Positions 9,316 through 19,338 of a stretch of 64,000 nt of DNA are shown here, one piece after another. Made by a program: the position numbers and the translations under genes. Source of the stretch: an uncultured delta proteobacterium (GTDB lineage: Bacteria; Myxococcota; Myxococcia; Myxococcales; Myxococcaceae); assembly GCA_963771175.1 (NCBI GenBank), contig CAVYSY010000056.1, forward strand, positions 1 through 64,000, given 5' to 3'. Numbering within the stretch: position 1 is the stretch's first letter; every line of letters starts with the position of its first letter. The notes beneath the pieces were generated by a model. The model did no database searches. It had not been told where the DNA came from and saw only the letters and a list, made by a program, of their open reading frames with translations.

Positions 9316-9639
9316 ATGGCTCGCGGAAACATCCGCCGCCCCATCTACTTCACCTCCCGCGCGCTCGTGGCGTACGCGGTCGCCTACGCCATCGCCGCGG
9401 TGGGAGTCGTGCTCGGCGCCCTACTCAGATCGGTCCCCTGGCTTGCCTTCGGCATCTGGCTCGCGGCGAGTCTCACCGTGCTCCTCATCGACCAGGCGGT
9501 CGTCGTGAGGACCCCGCGACAGGGACACGCGTCCACCGAGAGCCTCGGCGCGCTCTTCCGGGGCAGTCCCGCGGCGCTCGTCGTCATCGCCGTGATGGCC
9601 GTGGCCGCCCTGGTCGTCTCCCTCGTCGCCCACTGGTAG
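9316..9639 (+). CDS. small membrane protein
   Basis: AGGAG RBS upstream; 3 hydrophobic segments. Confidence 0.6.
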   Translation: MARGNIRRPIYFTSRALVAYAVAYAIAAVGVVLGALLRSVPWLAFGIWLAASLTVLLIDQAVVVRTPRQGHASTESLGALFRGSPAALVVIAVMAVAALVVSLVAHW

Positions 9640-9708
9640 CGAAGACTTTTCGTCACAACCGCATGGGGCCCCATCTGGCTGTGGGCAGAACACAGAACGG
9701 AGCCACAC

Positions 9709-9972
9709 ATGAAGCCCCCTCATTCCAACACCTCGGGTAGCAAGCTCATCGCGACGTACGCCATCGCCTACGTCATCGCCATCGCCGCCATCGTCTCCGA
9801 CATCCATCGAGGTGGCGTGCTCTTCACCCTCATCGGCTTCGCCAGCTCCCTCGCGCTGTCCGTGCTCGTCATCCACCGGATGGCCCGCGCGATGACGCTC
9901 GGCCCAGCCCCGGCGCGACTGGCGCCCGCCCCCGTGGGCGTGTCCTCCGGCCAGCGAAGCGCGGCTGCCTGA
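9709..9972 (+). CDS. small membrane protein
   Basis: GGAG RBS; 2 TM segments similar to those of the preceding ORF. Confidence 0.6.
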   Translation: MKPPHSNTSGSKLIATYAIAYVIAIAAIVSDIHRGGVLFTLIGFASSLALSVLVIHRMARAMTLGPAPARLAPAPVGVSSGQRSAAA

Positions 9973-9988
9973 AGGCCGCTCCCCCCGC

Positions 9989-11229
9989 TCACCTCCCGTC
10001 GAAGGGCGGCACCGGCGGGGGCGGAAGCTGGAAGCCCCGCGGCGTCTCCGGCGGGGGCTGTCCCGCGCCACCGATGCCGCGCTGGCCCTTCCCATCGGGC
10101 ACCGGGATGGGCCGACCCACCTGCTGCTCCACGTTCTCGTTGTTGTTGATGGCGAAGCGGACCAGCGCACGCAGGATGCGGTTGCGCCGCACGTTGCCCA
10201 CGACCTGCCGCAAATCCTCGTACACCGTCGGGTCCTTGATGAGGCCCCCCAGCGAGCCCTCGCCCCTGGCCACCAGGGACGTCACCTGCTTGATGTCCGC
10301 CGCGGCGCTGCTCAGGTCCGCGAACAAGGTGCCCGCGTCCCCGTAGAAGAGCTGATGGATGGCACCGTTGGGGTTGTCCTTCGCGTCCTGGAGCAGGCTC
10401 GCGAGCTGCCCCGCCGCGTCCCCCAGCTCCTCCAGCGCCTTGGCCCCCTCGCCGCCGTAGATGAGCGAGTGCGCCGTCCCGTCCCCGTTCGCCACCTCGT
10501 CGAGCACGGCCTCCACGTGGCCCACGGCCTTCTCCACCCGCAGCGCCGCGCGCGAGGCATTGGCCATCAGCGTCCGGACCTGCCTGCCCGCCTCCTTGTC
10601 ATAGATGAGCGCATGCAGGGCGCCATCGCCCTTCTCCACTTCCTGGAGCAGCATCCTCAGGCTGTGCACGCTGGCCGCGACGTCCTCGGTCAGCTGCGGG
10701 TCCGTGTAGGCCTCCACCGCCTTGCGCACCGTGCGGCTCACCGCCACCGAGTCCTCCAGCACCTGCGCCGCCCCGCGCATGATGGAGGACAGGTCGCCAC
10801 CGGGCGCGCTCGGAATCTCCCCGCCCGGCGGCACGGGATCCGCCTCCGGAGAGCCGATGGTGATGTCCACCGCCTTGTCGCCCAGCACGCCCAGGCTGGC
10901 CAGCCGCGCCACCGAGTCCATCCGGACGCGCTGCGCATGCTCGGCGCTCAGCTTCAGCCGCACCTCCAGCCGCTTCTCCCCGGGCTTGGCGGGAAGCGCA
11001 CCCCGTCCACCTTGCCCACCTCCAGACCGCCCAGCCATACCGGCGACTGGTCGGACAGTCCCTCCACGTTCTCGAAGTAGGTGTGGAACTGCACCTCCTT
11101 CTCGAAGAGGCGCCGCTCCTCCCCGATGAGGAAGATGACGAGGCCCGCGAGTCCCAGGGCCACGGCCACGAAGGCCCCCACCCGCAGCGCCAGGCGCTTG
11201 TCCTGGGACGTGGTCGTGAAGAGGCTCAT
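9989..11229 (-). CDS. mlaD: MlaD/MCE family protein (frameshift near 11000)
   Basis: N-terminal TM, FENVEGL..SPVWLGG.EVGKV, LGVLGDKAVDIT and G.GSLGGLIKDP..Y helical repeats. Confidence 0.88.
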
Positions 11230-12048
11230 GGCGCCACCCCCTCCCGGGGCATCAGTTCATACCGCCGCGCGTCCAGGAAGGCCCGCACCTCGGGCACCGT
11301 GGAGGCCTTCATCTCGTCCGGAGTCCCCACCTGGACGATGCGCCGGTTGGCCAGCATCGCGAGGCGGTCGGACACGGAGAAGGCACTCCCCATGTCATGC
11401 GTCACCACGATGGAGGTGCACCCGAGCTTCTTCTGCATGGAACGAATCATCTGGTTGATGTTCTCGGTGGTGACGGGGTCCAACCCCGTGGTCGGCTCGT
11501 CCCAGAGGATGACCTCCGGGTTGGTGGCGATGGCCCTCGCCAGCCCCACCCGCTTCTTCATGCCGCCGGACAGGTCCGCCGGCCGCATGTGCTCGATGCC
11601 CGGCAGGTCCACCAGCGCGAGCTTCTCCGCCACCCGGGTCCGCAGCTCCTCGGGGGACATGCTCCGGGAAGTGCTCGCGCAGCGGGTAGGCGATGTTCTC
11701 CCCCACCGTCAGCGAGTCGAACAGCGCCGAGCCCTGGAACACCATGGCCACGTGCCTGCGGAGCTCGAAGAAGTCCTCCTCGCGGAAGCCCGTGAGGTCC
11801 TGCCCCTCGAAGAGGATGTGGCCGCCATCCGGCCGCAGCAACCCGATGAGGCACTTGAGCAGCACGCTCTTGCCCGAGCCCGAGCCGCCCATCACCGTGA
11901 GGGTCTCGCCCGCGTACACGGAGAGCCGCAGGTCGTCGAAGACGCGCTTGGGCCCGAAGGACTTCTCCAGGTGCTCGAAGCGGATGAGCTCCTCGCCCTG
12001 CACGGGAGGGCGGAACAGGAGGCGGGGCGTGTCGTGGCGGAAGAGCAT
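11226..12048 (-). CDS. mlaF: MlaF-type ABC transporter ATP-binding protein (frameshift near 11660)
   Basis: GGSGSGKS, FQGSALFDSL, LSGGMKKRVGLARA, DEPTTGLDP. Confidence 0.9.
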
Positions 12049-12049
12049 C

Positions 12050-12898
12050 TCAGAGGTAGAGGGTGAGCTTGGTGATGAAGAAGTCGGCGAGACACACGGT
12101 GACGGAGGTGATGGCCACCGTCTGGGTGGTGGCGCGGCCCACGCCCTCGGTGCCGCCCTCGACGGTGAGCCCCTTGAAGCAGCCCACCAGGCCGACGATT
12201 CCCCCGAAGACGAGCCCCTTGACGACGCCGGAGACGAAGTCGCTGAGCAGCACCGTCTGCAGCGCCTGCTGGAAGAACAGGCGGAAGCCGATGCTGTACT
12301 GCGCCCAGGCCACCAGGGCGCCCGCCAACATGCCGATGACGTCCGCCAGCACGGTGAGCGCGGGCATGAGGAGGAAGCAGGCCAGCACCCGGGGCACCAC
12401 CAGCTTGCGCAGCGGGTCGGCCCCCAGGGCGCGGATGGCGTCCACCTGCTCGGTGACCACCATGGAGCCCAGCTCCGCGGCGATGCCCGAGCCCACGCGC
12501 GCGCCCACGGTGAGGGCGATGAGCACCGGGGACAGCTCGCGGAAGAGGGTGAGCACCACCACCCGGCCCACCGTGTACTGCACGCCGAAGCGCCCGAGGA
12601 AGAAGCCGAACTGCAGGGAGATGACGAGCCCGACGAAGATGGCCGTCAGCAGGGCGATGGGCAGCGAGCGCACCCCCAGCGCCTCCACCTGGTAGACGAG
12701 CGCCGAGGCGGAGAAGGGCCGGCTCACCGCGCGCGTCATCACCTTGCCCGTCATCACCGCGAGGGCGCCCAGCCGCTCCAGCCGCGCGCTCATCCGCACC
12801 AGGAAGGGGCCGACCTCGGGGTTGATGGCGCCGACCGCCGAGGCCTCCACCGGCCGGTGGCCGCGCGAGGGCGGGTGCGGAGTGAGCCCCGTCGTCAT
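12050..12898 (-). CDS. mlaE: MlaE family ABC permease
   Basis: RELSPVL..RVGSGIAAELGSM..TEQVDAIRALG.DP..LVVPR; GVGRATT. Confidence 0.93.
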   Translation of the reverse strand: MTTGLTPHPPSRGHRPVEASAVGAINPEVGPFLVRMSARLERLGALAVMTGKVMTRAVSRPFSASALVYQVEALGVRSLPIALLTAIFVGLVISLQFGFFLGRFGVQYTVGRVVVLTLFRELSPVLIALTVGARVGSGIAAELGSMVVTEQVDAIRALGADPLRKLVVPRVLACFLLMPALTVLADVIGMLAGALVAWAQYSIGFRLFFQQALQTVLLSDFVSGVVKGLVFGGIVGLVGCFKGLTVEGGTEGVGRATTQTVAITSVTVCLADFFITKLTLYL

Positions 12899-13413
12899 GA
12901 CGCGCTCTCCACGTGGAAGCCGTGCACCAGCGACTCGAAGTCCCCCAGGTGCTCCTCGAAGCGGCCGAGCGGCGCCACGTAGCTGAAGTCGTAGACGCAG
13001 GTGTCCTTCTTCAGCACCACGAAGAGCAGCTCCACCGGCACCCCATCCAGCTTGGCCAGGTAGTGCGAACGCAGCGCCTCGCGCTCATCCACCACCACCT
13101 TCCGGGTCTCCACCTCCTGGCGCTCGGTGAAGCCCATGAGGAGGTGGCGGGTGAGGACGTCCAGCGGCGCGTCCTCGTGCCCCTTGCAGGTGGAGTTCAC
13201 CTGCAGGGCATGGCCGGTGTCCTCGACGAACCAGGCCAGGTCATTGCTGGAGACCTTCACGCGCTCCCACGTGGGGGACACCTCGCCCACGCGGTAGCGC
13301 ATCCCAGGCTTGGTGAGCACCTGGTTCTCGAAGCGCACCCCACGGTGACAGCCGGCGGCCGGCACGAGCAGCAAGAGCAGCGGAAGGACGTGGCCAATTG
13401 CTCCCATCCTCAT
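12895..13413 (-). CDS. lipoprotein, first gene of the mla operon
   Basis: Lipobox-like AAGC; stop overlaps the mlaE start. Confidence 0.75.
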   Translation of the reverse strand: MRMGAIGHVLPLLLLLVPAAGCHRGVRFENQVLTKPGMRYRVGEVSPTWERVKVSSNDLAWFVEDTGHALQVNSTCKGHEDAPLDVLTRHLLMGFTERQEVETRKVVVDEREALRSHYLAKLDGVPVELLFVVLKKDTCVYDFSYVAPLGRFEEHLGDFESLVHGFHVESAS

Positions 13414-13603
13414 GGCGCCAGGGTAGGCACCCCCCCCGCGCCCCGTGAGTTGCGGGGGGAATGAAAGGTTGACTCCCCGTCACGCGCCGGGCGATCGGGC
13501 CCGCCAGGCGCTCGCCGTGCCGAGCGTTCCTCCAGTGGTGGACAGATGCGGATGTTAGGGCCTGAACCCTTGCCACTCGACGACTCGGAGGAGGAGGCAG
13601 CTC

Positions 13604-13975
13604 ATGGACGGTGGGTTGGGCCTGTTCGGATTGGGATTGTTCCTGCTGTCGATTGCCCTCCTGTATGCCCGGGAGGCCTTCGGGCTGGCGTGGCTGATGC
13701 TGGCCTGCTCGCTCGTTTCGATGGGCTTCGCCATGTCGGAGTCACCCCGGCGACGGGAGCTGGCGCTCGGCATCGGCGTGGTGTGCATGGTGGCGGCCAT
13801 CGTGAGCCTGGCCACCGGGGTGTCCTGGTGGTGGGTGGTGGCCACGGCGGTGTTCGGCGTGGCGTACCTGGTGCTGTGGGCGGAGTTCCGCTTCCCCTTC
13901 TTCCAGCACGTCCCCCAGGAAGTCGCCGGGCCGCCCCACCACCACGAGCGGCGCTTCCGGCTGCGCCGGCGGTGA
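13604..13975 (+). CDS. hypothetical membrane protein
   Basis: Strong GGAGG RBS; 4 TM segments. Confidence 0.7.
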   Translation: MDGGLGLFGLGLFLLSIALLYAREAFGLAWLMLACSLVSMGFAMSESPRRRELALGIGVVCMVAAIVSLATGVSWWWVVATAVFGVAYLVLWAEFRFPFFQHVPQEVAGPPHHHERRFRLRRR

Positions 13976-13988
13976 GCGCCCCCGCGTG

Positions 13989-14030
13989 AAAAGACGACGG
14001 CCCGCCGTGGGAAGCCACGACGGGCCGCTC
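13989..14030. terminator. hairpin between convergent genes
   Basis: CGGCCCGCCGTGG...CCACGACGGGCCG stem with an A-run on the left side. Confidence 0.5.
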
Positions 14031-14067
14031 TGGAAGAGTCAAGCCTGCGGGGTGGGCCCCCCCGGGA

Positions 14068-14427
14068 CTAGAGCTGGCCCTTCTGCTCGAGCACCCAGAG
14101 GGTGGCGGCCACCAGGTCCGGGCAGTCGTAGACGCGCTGGGCGTCGCTCACCGTGGCCCAGGAGGAGCCGCCCTTGAGAATCCTGCCGTTCTCGATGGTG
14201 GCCTGGGTGCTGCCGCCCACCTCGACGGCGTAGTTGCTCCCGCGCTTGACGGCCTTGCCGCGGGTGCCGCCCCCCTTCTCGATGGTGATGTCCGTGCCCG
14301 AGGTACGCACGGTGTACTGGGTGCTCCCGCCCTTCTCCACCCGGTTGCCGTTGCACTTGTAGTCGGCGGCGAAGGCGGGGGCCGAGAGCAGGGACAGCGC
14401 GGCGAGCAGCATCGACATCTTCTTCAC
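14068..14427 (-). CDS. small secreted beta-repeat protein
   Basis: GGAGA RBS, GTG start, signal peptide ending AFA; repeated [VI]E[KV]GG[SG]T units. Confidence 0.75.
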   Translation of the reverse strand: MKKMSMLLAALSLLSAPAFAADYKCNGNRVEKGGSTQYTVRTSGTDITIEKGGGTRGKAVKRGSNYAVEVGGSTQATIENGRILKGGSSWATVSDAQRVYDCPDLVAATLWVLEQKGQL

Positions 14428-14512
14428 GGAGTTTCTCCAGGAATGGGACGCGGAGTCCCGCATCCCTGGACCCGACCTAGCACCGGGGCCTGACACGGCC
14501 GCTGGAGGACCC

Positions 14513-15700
14513 CTAACGCCGCGAGCGGAAGAACTCGAAGCCACCGCCCCCCGACCAACCGACCTGCTCGGAGATGCCGCCCCGCTCGCCCTCGACGACC
14601 TGCTTGAGGCGGGTGAAGCAGTGGGTGACGGCCTGGCGACCCTCCTCGATGCCCACGTAGCGCCGGCCCATCTTGTGCGCGACGGCGGCCGTGGTCCCCG
14701 AGCCGAGGTACGCATCGAGCACGAGGTCTCCCGGATTCGTGGAGAGGTGGAGGATGCGGTGGATGAGCGCCTCGGGCTTGGGCGTGTCGAAGACGGTGTT
14801 GTCGGGGAAGAGCTGGAGCAGGTGCTTCTTGGCCGAGTCGTTCGTGCCCACCTCGGCCGCGAGCCAGAGCGTCTCCGGAGTGAGCCCCGGTCGCGCCTCG
14901 GACATGAAGCGCTTGAGGCGAGGCACCCCGTTGCCGTCCTTGCCGAACCATACGTTGTGGGCGCGGATCTCCTGCTGCATCCGGCTCTGGCCGTAGACCC
15001 AGCACCGGCCCTTCGGAGGCTCGTGGCGGCACCCGTTGGGAGCGACCAGCACATAGAACTGCGAGGCCGTGCCGTGGCCGGCCTGGACGTTCGCGGACAC
15101 GGACTGCCAGGGGCCGCGAGGATCTCCATCCGGGTTCTTGTACCGGCACAGGAGCTCCGGGGACGGCGCGAGCAGGTTGCGGGCCTGCTGGAAGCGCCGG
15201 GCGTCCTTCGCGTAGACGAGCACGTACTCGTGGTTGTTGGAGAAGACCTTCCGGTTCTCCCGAGTGGTCCGCTGTTGCCACACCACGGTGGAGACGAAGT
15301 TCTCCCGCCCGAGGACCGCATCCGCGGCGACCTTGAGGTAGTGGACCTCGCGATCATCGATGGAAATCCACAGGCTGCCGTCCTCGCGCAGCAGCGGCGC
15401 GAGCTGCTTCAACCGCTCGCCGAGAGTCGCGAGCCACGCCGGGTGGGACAGCGCGTCGTGGTAGTGGGCGTAGCGTTCCTGGTTGTTGTACGGAGGATCG
15501 ATGTAGATGCAGCGAACGGAGCCGCGCAGCGTGGGCGCGAGGCGCGCGAGCACCTTCGAGTTCTCCCCGTGGTAGAGGCAATTTCCCGTGCCGGGCGTGC
15601 CGTAGGAGAATCTGGGCACTCTCACGAATCCGGTCTTCCGGGAGTCGCCAGCGGGGCTGGAAGCCAAGGCGTCTACCTCGCGCACGGAGCCGGAGAACAT
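14513..15700 (-). CDS. site-specific DNA methyltransferase (N6/N4, beta class, type III Mod-like)
   Basis: CIYIDPPYN, ISIDDREVHYLK, FDTPKPEALI.RI and VLDAYLGSGTTAAVAHKMGRRY. Start uncertain. Confidence 0.9.
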   Translation of the reverse strand: MFSGSVREVDALASSPAGDSRKTGFVRVPRFSYGTPGTGNCLYHGENSKVLARLAPTLRGSVRCIYIDPPYNNQERYAHYHDALSHPAWLATLGERLKQLAPLLREDGSLWISIDDREVHYLKVAADAVLGRENFVSTVVWQQRTTRENRKVFSNNHEYVLVYAKDARRFQQARNLLAPSPELLCRYKNPDGDPRGPWQSVSANVQAGHGTASQFYVLVAPNGCRHEPPKGRCWVYGQSRMQQEIRAHNVWFGKDGNGVPRLKRFMSEARPGLTPETLWLAAEVGTNDSAKKHLLQLFPDNTVFDTPKPEALIHRILHLSTNPGDLVLDAYLGSGTTAAVAHKMGRRYVGIEEGRQAVTHCFTRLKQVVEGERGGISEQVGWSGGGGFEFFRSRR

Positions 15701-15765
15701 GACGCTCAGCGGACCGTAGTGGAGAGGTGCCGAGGTGACAAGCCTCGCTGGAGCTGCCCGAAGGC

Positions 15766-16758
15766 ATGACCGTCGACCTGGATGCGCTCCAGATGCAGGT
15801 GGTGGGCAAGGGATGCGCGGGGAGACTGCTTGGCAGGAAGGAGCACCCCTTCGCGGAAGCGCAGGTGACGTGCGATGCCTTCCTCTCCTTCGCGCTCGTC
15901 CAGGCCTCGATGGAAGGCAAGGCGCCGCCCGATGTCCGCGAGCGACTGAAGGCCCTGCTGGCCGACGCGCTCGGTCGGGCCCGCGCGCCGTTCCGCAACA
16001 CGGGCAGTACCCAGGTGGCCGGACACTCGCTACCGCGCAGCGTGCTGTACCGGGGACTCCTGCTGTTGATGCTCGCCGGGATGGAGCGCGCGGGCTACGC
16101 CGATGAGGACACCCGGTCCCTCTTCGACGCGCTCGCGGCGCGGACGGTGGAGGCGTTCTCGCGTCAGCCGCTGCTGCCGAGCTTCGGTACGAGCATCTGG
16201 CCCTGTGACAACTCACTCGCCGCCTCGGGGCTGCTGCTGCACGGGAAGCTGCGGGGCAAGGAGGAGTCCCGCGTCGCGGGCGAGCGGCTCGCCGCGCACC
16301 TGTCGAAGCTCGCGGAATTGCCTGGCGGGTTTCCCACCCAGGTCGATGCGAAGGGACGCATCCTGGAGAAGACACCGCGAGGGAGCGCCCACGGCTGGAC
16401 CGCCGCGTTCCTGGTGATGAGCGGGCACCCGGCCGCGAGGACCTTCGCCGACACGCTGCTGCGCGACTTCTGTGAGCACGTCCCACTCTTCCCGAAGGCC
16501 GCCGCCTGCCGGGAGTGGCCTCGGGGCGTGGAGCGCGGCGCGGACGCGGCGAGCGGCCCCATCATCGGGGGCTACGGCCAGGGTGCGACGGCGCTGGCGA
16601 TCGCCGCCACACGAGCCTCGGAGGAGCTCACCGGGTGGAACGAGGACCTGCGGACCACTGCGGTCCTCGGCGGCATCCAGAGCCATGTCTCACAGCCGGG
16701 GAAGTATCCGCTGGAGACGGCGCTGTACGCGTGGGCCACGGGACTGCGGCCCTGGTAG
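15766..16758 (+). CDS. hypothetical protein resembling linalool dehydratase/isomerase-like (alpha/alpha)6 proteins
   Basis: LLPSF...WPCDN, PRGS and REWPRG...DAASGPII.G...AT segments, recognised by eye. Confidence 0.55.
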   Translation: MTVDLDALQMQVVGKGCAGRLLGRKEHPFAEAQVTCDAFLSFALVQASMEGKAPPDVRERLKALLADALGRARAPFRNTGSTQVAGHSLPRSVLYRGLLLLMLAGMERAGYADEDTRSLFDALAARTVEAFSRQPLLPSFGTSIWPCDNSLAASGLLLHGKLRGKEESRVAGERLAAHLSKLAELPGGFPTQVDAKGRILEKTPRGSAHGWTAAFLVMSGHPAARTFADTLLRDFCEHVPLFPKAAACREWPRGVERGADAASGPIIGGYGQGATALAIAATRASEELTGWNEDLRTTAVLGGIQSHVSQPGKYPLETALYAWATGLRPW

Positions 16759-16780
16759 CCCCCCCGGTCTCATGTTGCGC

Positions 16781-16837
16781 AAACCTGTCCGACTGTCGGA
16801 CAGGTTTTTCGAGAACGAGCCCGGGAGGTCCCCCTCC
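16781..16837. repeat. REP-like palindromic repeat, copy 1
   Basis: AAACCTGTCCGAC-T-GTCGGACAGGTTT (16781-16807) is identical to 45521-45547; similarity continues about 30 bp. Confidence 0.85.
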
Positions 16838-16986
16838 TTACAGCTTCGGAGCGAGACCAGCAGCGAGTGGCCGAGCCCGCGGCGACGAAGCCGAGGTGGA
16901 CCCCGTGGCCCTCAAGTAGGGGCGTGCAGGCGAGCACCCACCCCACCCCATGTCCCCCCGCTCGCCCGGCCTGCTATACCGGGGCC

Positions 16987-18550
16987 ATGGCGTCCAGTCC
17001 CGCGCTCCCCCGCTCCGGGTCCCCGGCCTCCGCTGCATGGCTGGAGGAGCTCGACATCCTCATCCGCGCTCGCTACCCGCTCCTCTACCTCGTGTCGTGG
17101 GAGGAGCACCGGGTCGACACCCTGCTCGCGGACATGGCCCGTGCCCACGGCAAGGCCCTCTACACATGGTCCATCAGCCGCGGCCTGCGCAACGTGGGCT
17201 CCGCCCGGGGCGCCCGCCCTCCCCGAGGAGACGCGCAATCCCATCGACGCCATCGCCGCCATCGAGAAGCTCACCGAGCCCTCGCTGGTCGTCCTCAAGG
17301 ACTTCCATCCGTATCTGGAGGAGAAGTCCGTGGTGCGCGCCCTGCGAGAGCTCGCCCACTACCTCAAGAGCACCTTCACCACCGTCATCCTCCTCTCTCC
17401 CTCGCTCCAAATCCCCATCGAGCTGGAGAAGGAAGTGTCCGTCCTCGACGTCCCGCTGCCCGGCTTCCAGGAGCTGCTCAACCTGCTCAAGGAGATTGTC
17501 GCGGTGGTGCGCCGGGGCAACAAGGCCACCATCGACCTGTCGCGCGAGAACGCCGAGCTGCTCATCAAGGCGGCCCAGGGCCTGACGCTCTCCGAGGCGG
17601 AGAATGCCTTCGCCAAGGCCATCGCCCACGACGGCAAGCTGAGCGCCGAGGACATCAAGCGCGTCCAGGACGAGAAGCGCCAGGTCATCCGCAAGAGCGG
17701 GCTGCTCGAGTACTACCCGCCCGAGGAGGACCTGGGGCACGTGGGAGGCCTGCAGAACCTGAAGCTGTGGCTCAACCGGCGCACCGCCGCCTTCGGGGAG
17801 CGGGCCCGTCAGTTCGGCCTGCCCGAGCCGCGCGGCCTGCTGCTGCTGGGCGTGCAGGGCTGCGGCAAGAGCCTCACCGCCAAGGCCGTCGCCGCGCACT
17901 GGAAGCTGCCCCTGCTACGGCTGGACATGGGCCGCATCTTCAGCGGGCTGGTGGGCTCCTCGGAGGAGAACCTGCGCAAGGCCATCCACATCGCCGAGAG
18001 CATCGCCCCGGTGGTGCTGTGGGTGGACGAGATCGAGAAGGGCCTGTCCGGCGTGGCCTCGTCCAGCTCGGGCGACAGCGGCGTCAGCGCCCGCGTCTTC
18101 GGCACGCTGCTCACCTGGTTGCAGGAGAAGACGGCCCCGGTGTTCGTGGTGGCCACGGCCAACCGCATCGACGGCCTGCCGCCCGAGTTGCTGCGCAAGG
18201 GCCGCTTCGACGAAATCTTCTTCGTCGACCTGCCCGAGGCCGCCGAGCGGCGCGACATCTTCCGCATCCACCTCCAGCGCCGGAAGCGGGACCCGGCCAC
18301 CTATGACCTGAACGCGCTGGCCGAGCTGGCCGCGGACTACAGCGGCGCGGAGATAGAGCAGGCCGTCGTCGCCGGGCTCTACGAGGCCTTCGCCGAGGGC
18401 GTGGAGCTGGGCCAGCCCCACCTCGTGCGCGCCCTCCAGGAGACCTTCCCGCTCGCCGTCACCATGCGGCATGAAATCGAGCGGCTGCGAGAGTGGGCCC
18501 GAGGGCGCACCCGTCCGGCCTCGTCCGGCAGCGGCCCCCGGAAGGAGTAG
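16987..18550 (+). CDS. Ycf46-like AAA ATPase (frameshift near 17215)
   Basis: [36 protein letters not shown] and [20 protein letters not shown]. Confidence 0.92.
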
Positions 18551-18553
18551 ACG

Positions 18554-19276
18554 ATGTCCCCCAAGTTCTCCCGCTTCCTCCATCTCGAGCGCGCGCGCGA
18601 CGAGAAGACGCCTCCCGAGGGACAGGTGCGGCTACAGGACGGCAGCCGCTTCGAGTCGGTGGTGGGACCCGGCGGCGAGGCCCCTTCCTCGGTGGCCGTG
18701 CCCGAGGCGCACGTGGAGCGCTTCAAGCGGCACGGGGAGACCCCGCTGGCGCTCGACACCGAGCACGCGGAGGGACCGCACTTCCCCCGCTGCGTCCGCT
18801 GCGAGGCCGAGAACGGACGCTTCGCCAGCACCTGCTCCACGTGTGGCGCGGACCTCCAGGCGCCCGAGCAGCTCGCGTACAACCAGCAGCGCCGGCAGCA
18901 GCTCGCGCAGACCGAGGCCCGGACCCGCGAGCAGCAGCAAGCCCGCCAGAAGGTCCAGCGAGAGGCCGAGGCCCAGAGTGTCGCGGAGCGTCAGCGGTAC
19001 GTGGAGGAGTTGCATCGAGCGCTCGAGAAGGACCGCCCGCTGCTCAGCCGCTGGCAGCACCTCGCCACCCCATCCTTCGGCGTGGGGCTGCTGCGGCTCA
19101 TCCCCCACCCGCTCGTGCGCTGGAGCGCCCTGGCCTGGGCCATCAGCCTGCCCTTCCTGTTGGTGCGCTTCGGCAACGGGCCCCTCCAACTGGTCGGGAT
19201 GTACCTGGGGGTGCTCACCTTCGTGCTCTTCGTCCCCACCTCACTGTGGACGGCGGGACGCGGCGGGCGCTGGTAG
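18554..19276 (+). CDS. zinc-ribbon, coiled-coil membrane protein
   Basis: CVRC..N...CSTCG, Q-rich coil, 2 C-terminal TM; starts 3 bp after the ATPase stop. Confidence 0.8.
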   Translation: MSPKFSRFLHLERARDEKTPPEGQVRLQDGSRFESVVGPGGEAPSSVAVPEAHVERFKRHGETPLALDTEHAEGPHFPRCVRCEAENGRFASTCSTCGADLQAPEQLAYNQQRRQQLAQTEARTREQQQARQKVQREAEAQSVAERQRYVEELHRALEKDRPLLSRWQHLATPSFGVGLLRLIPHPLVRWSALAWAISLPFLLVRFGNGPLQLVGMYLGVLTFVLFVPTSLWTAGRGGRW

Positions 19277-19338
19277 CTCGCACACGCGGGCCGTCAGGAA
19301 TGTGGGGCCCGCTCCGTCCTCCGCGCGGGGAGGACCTC

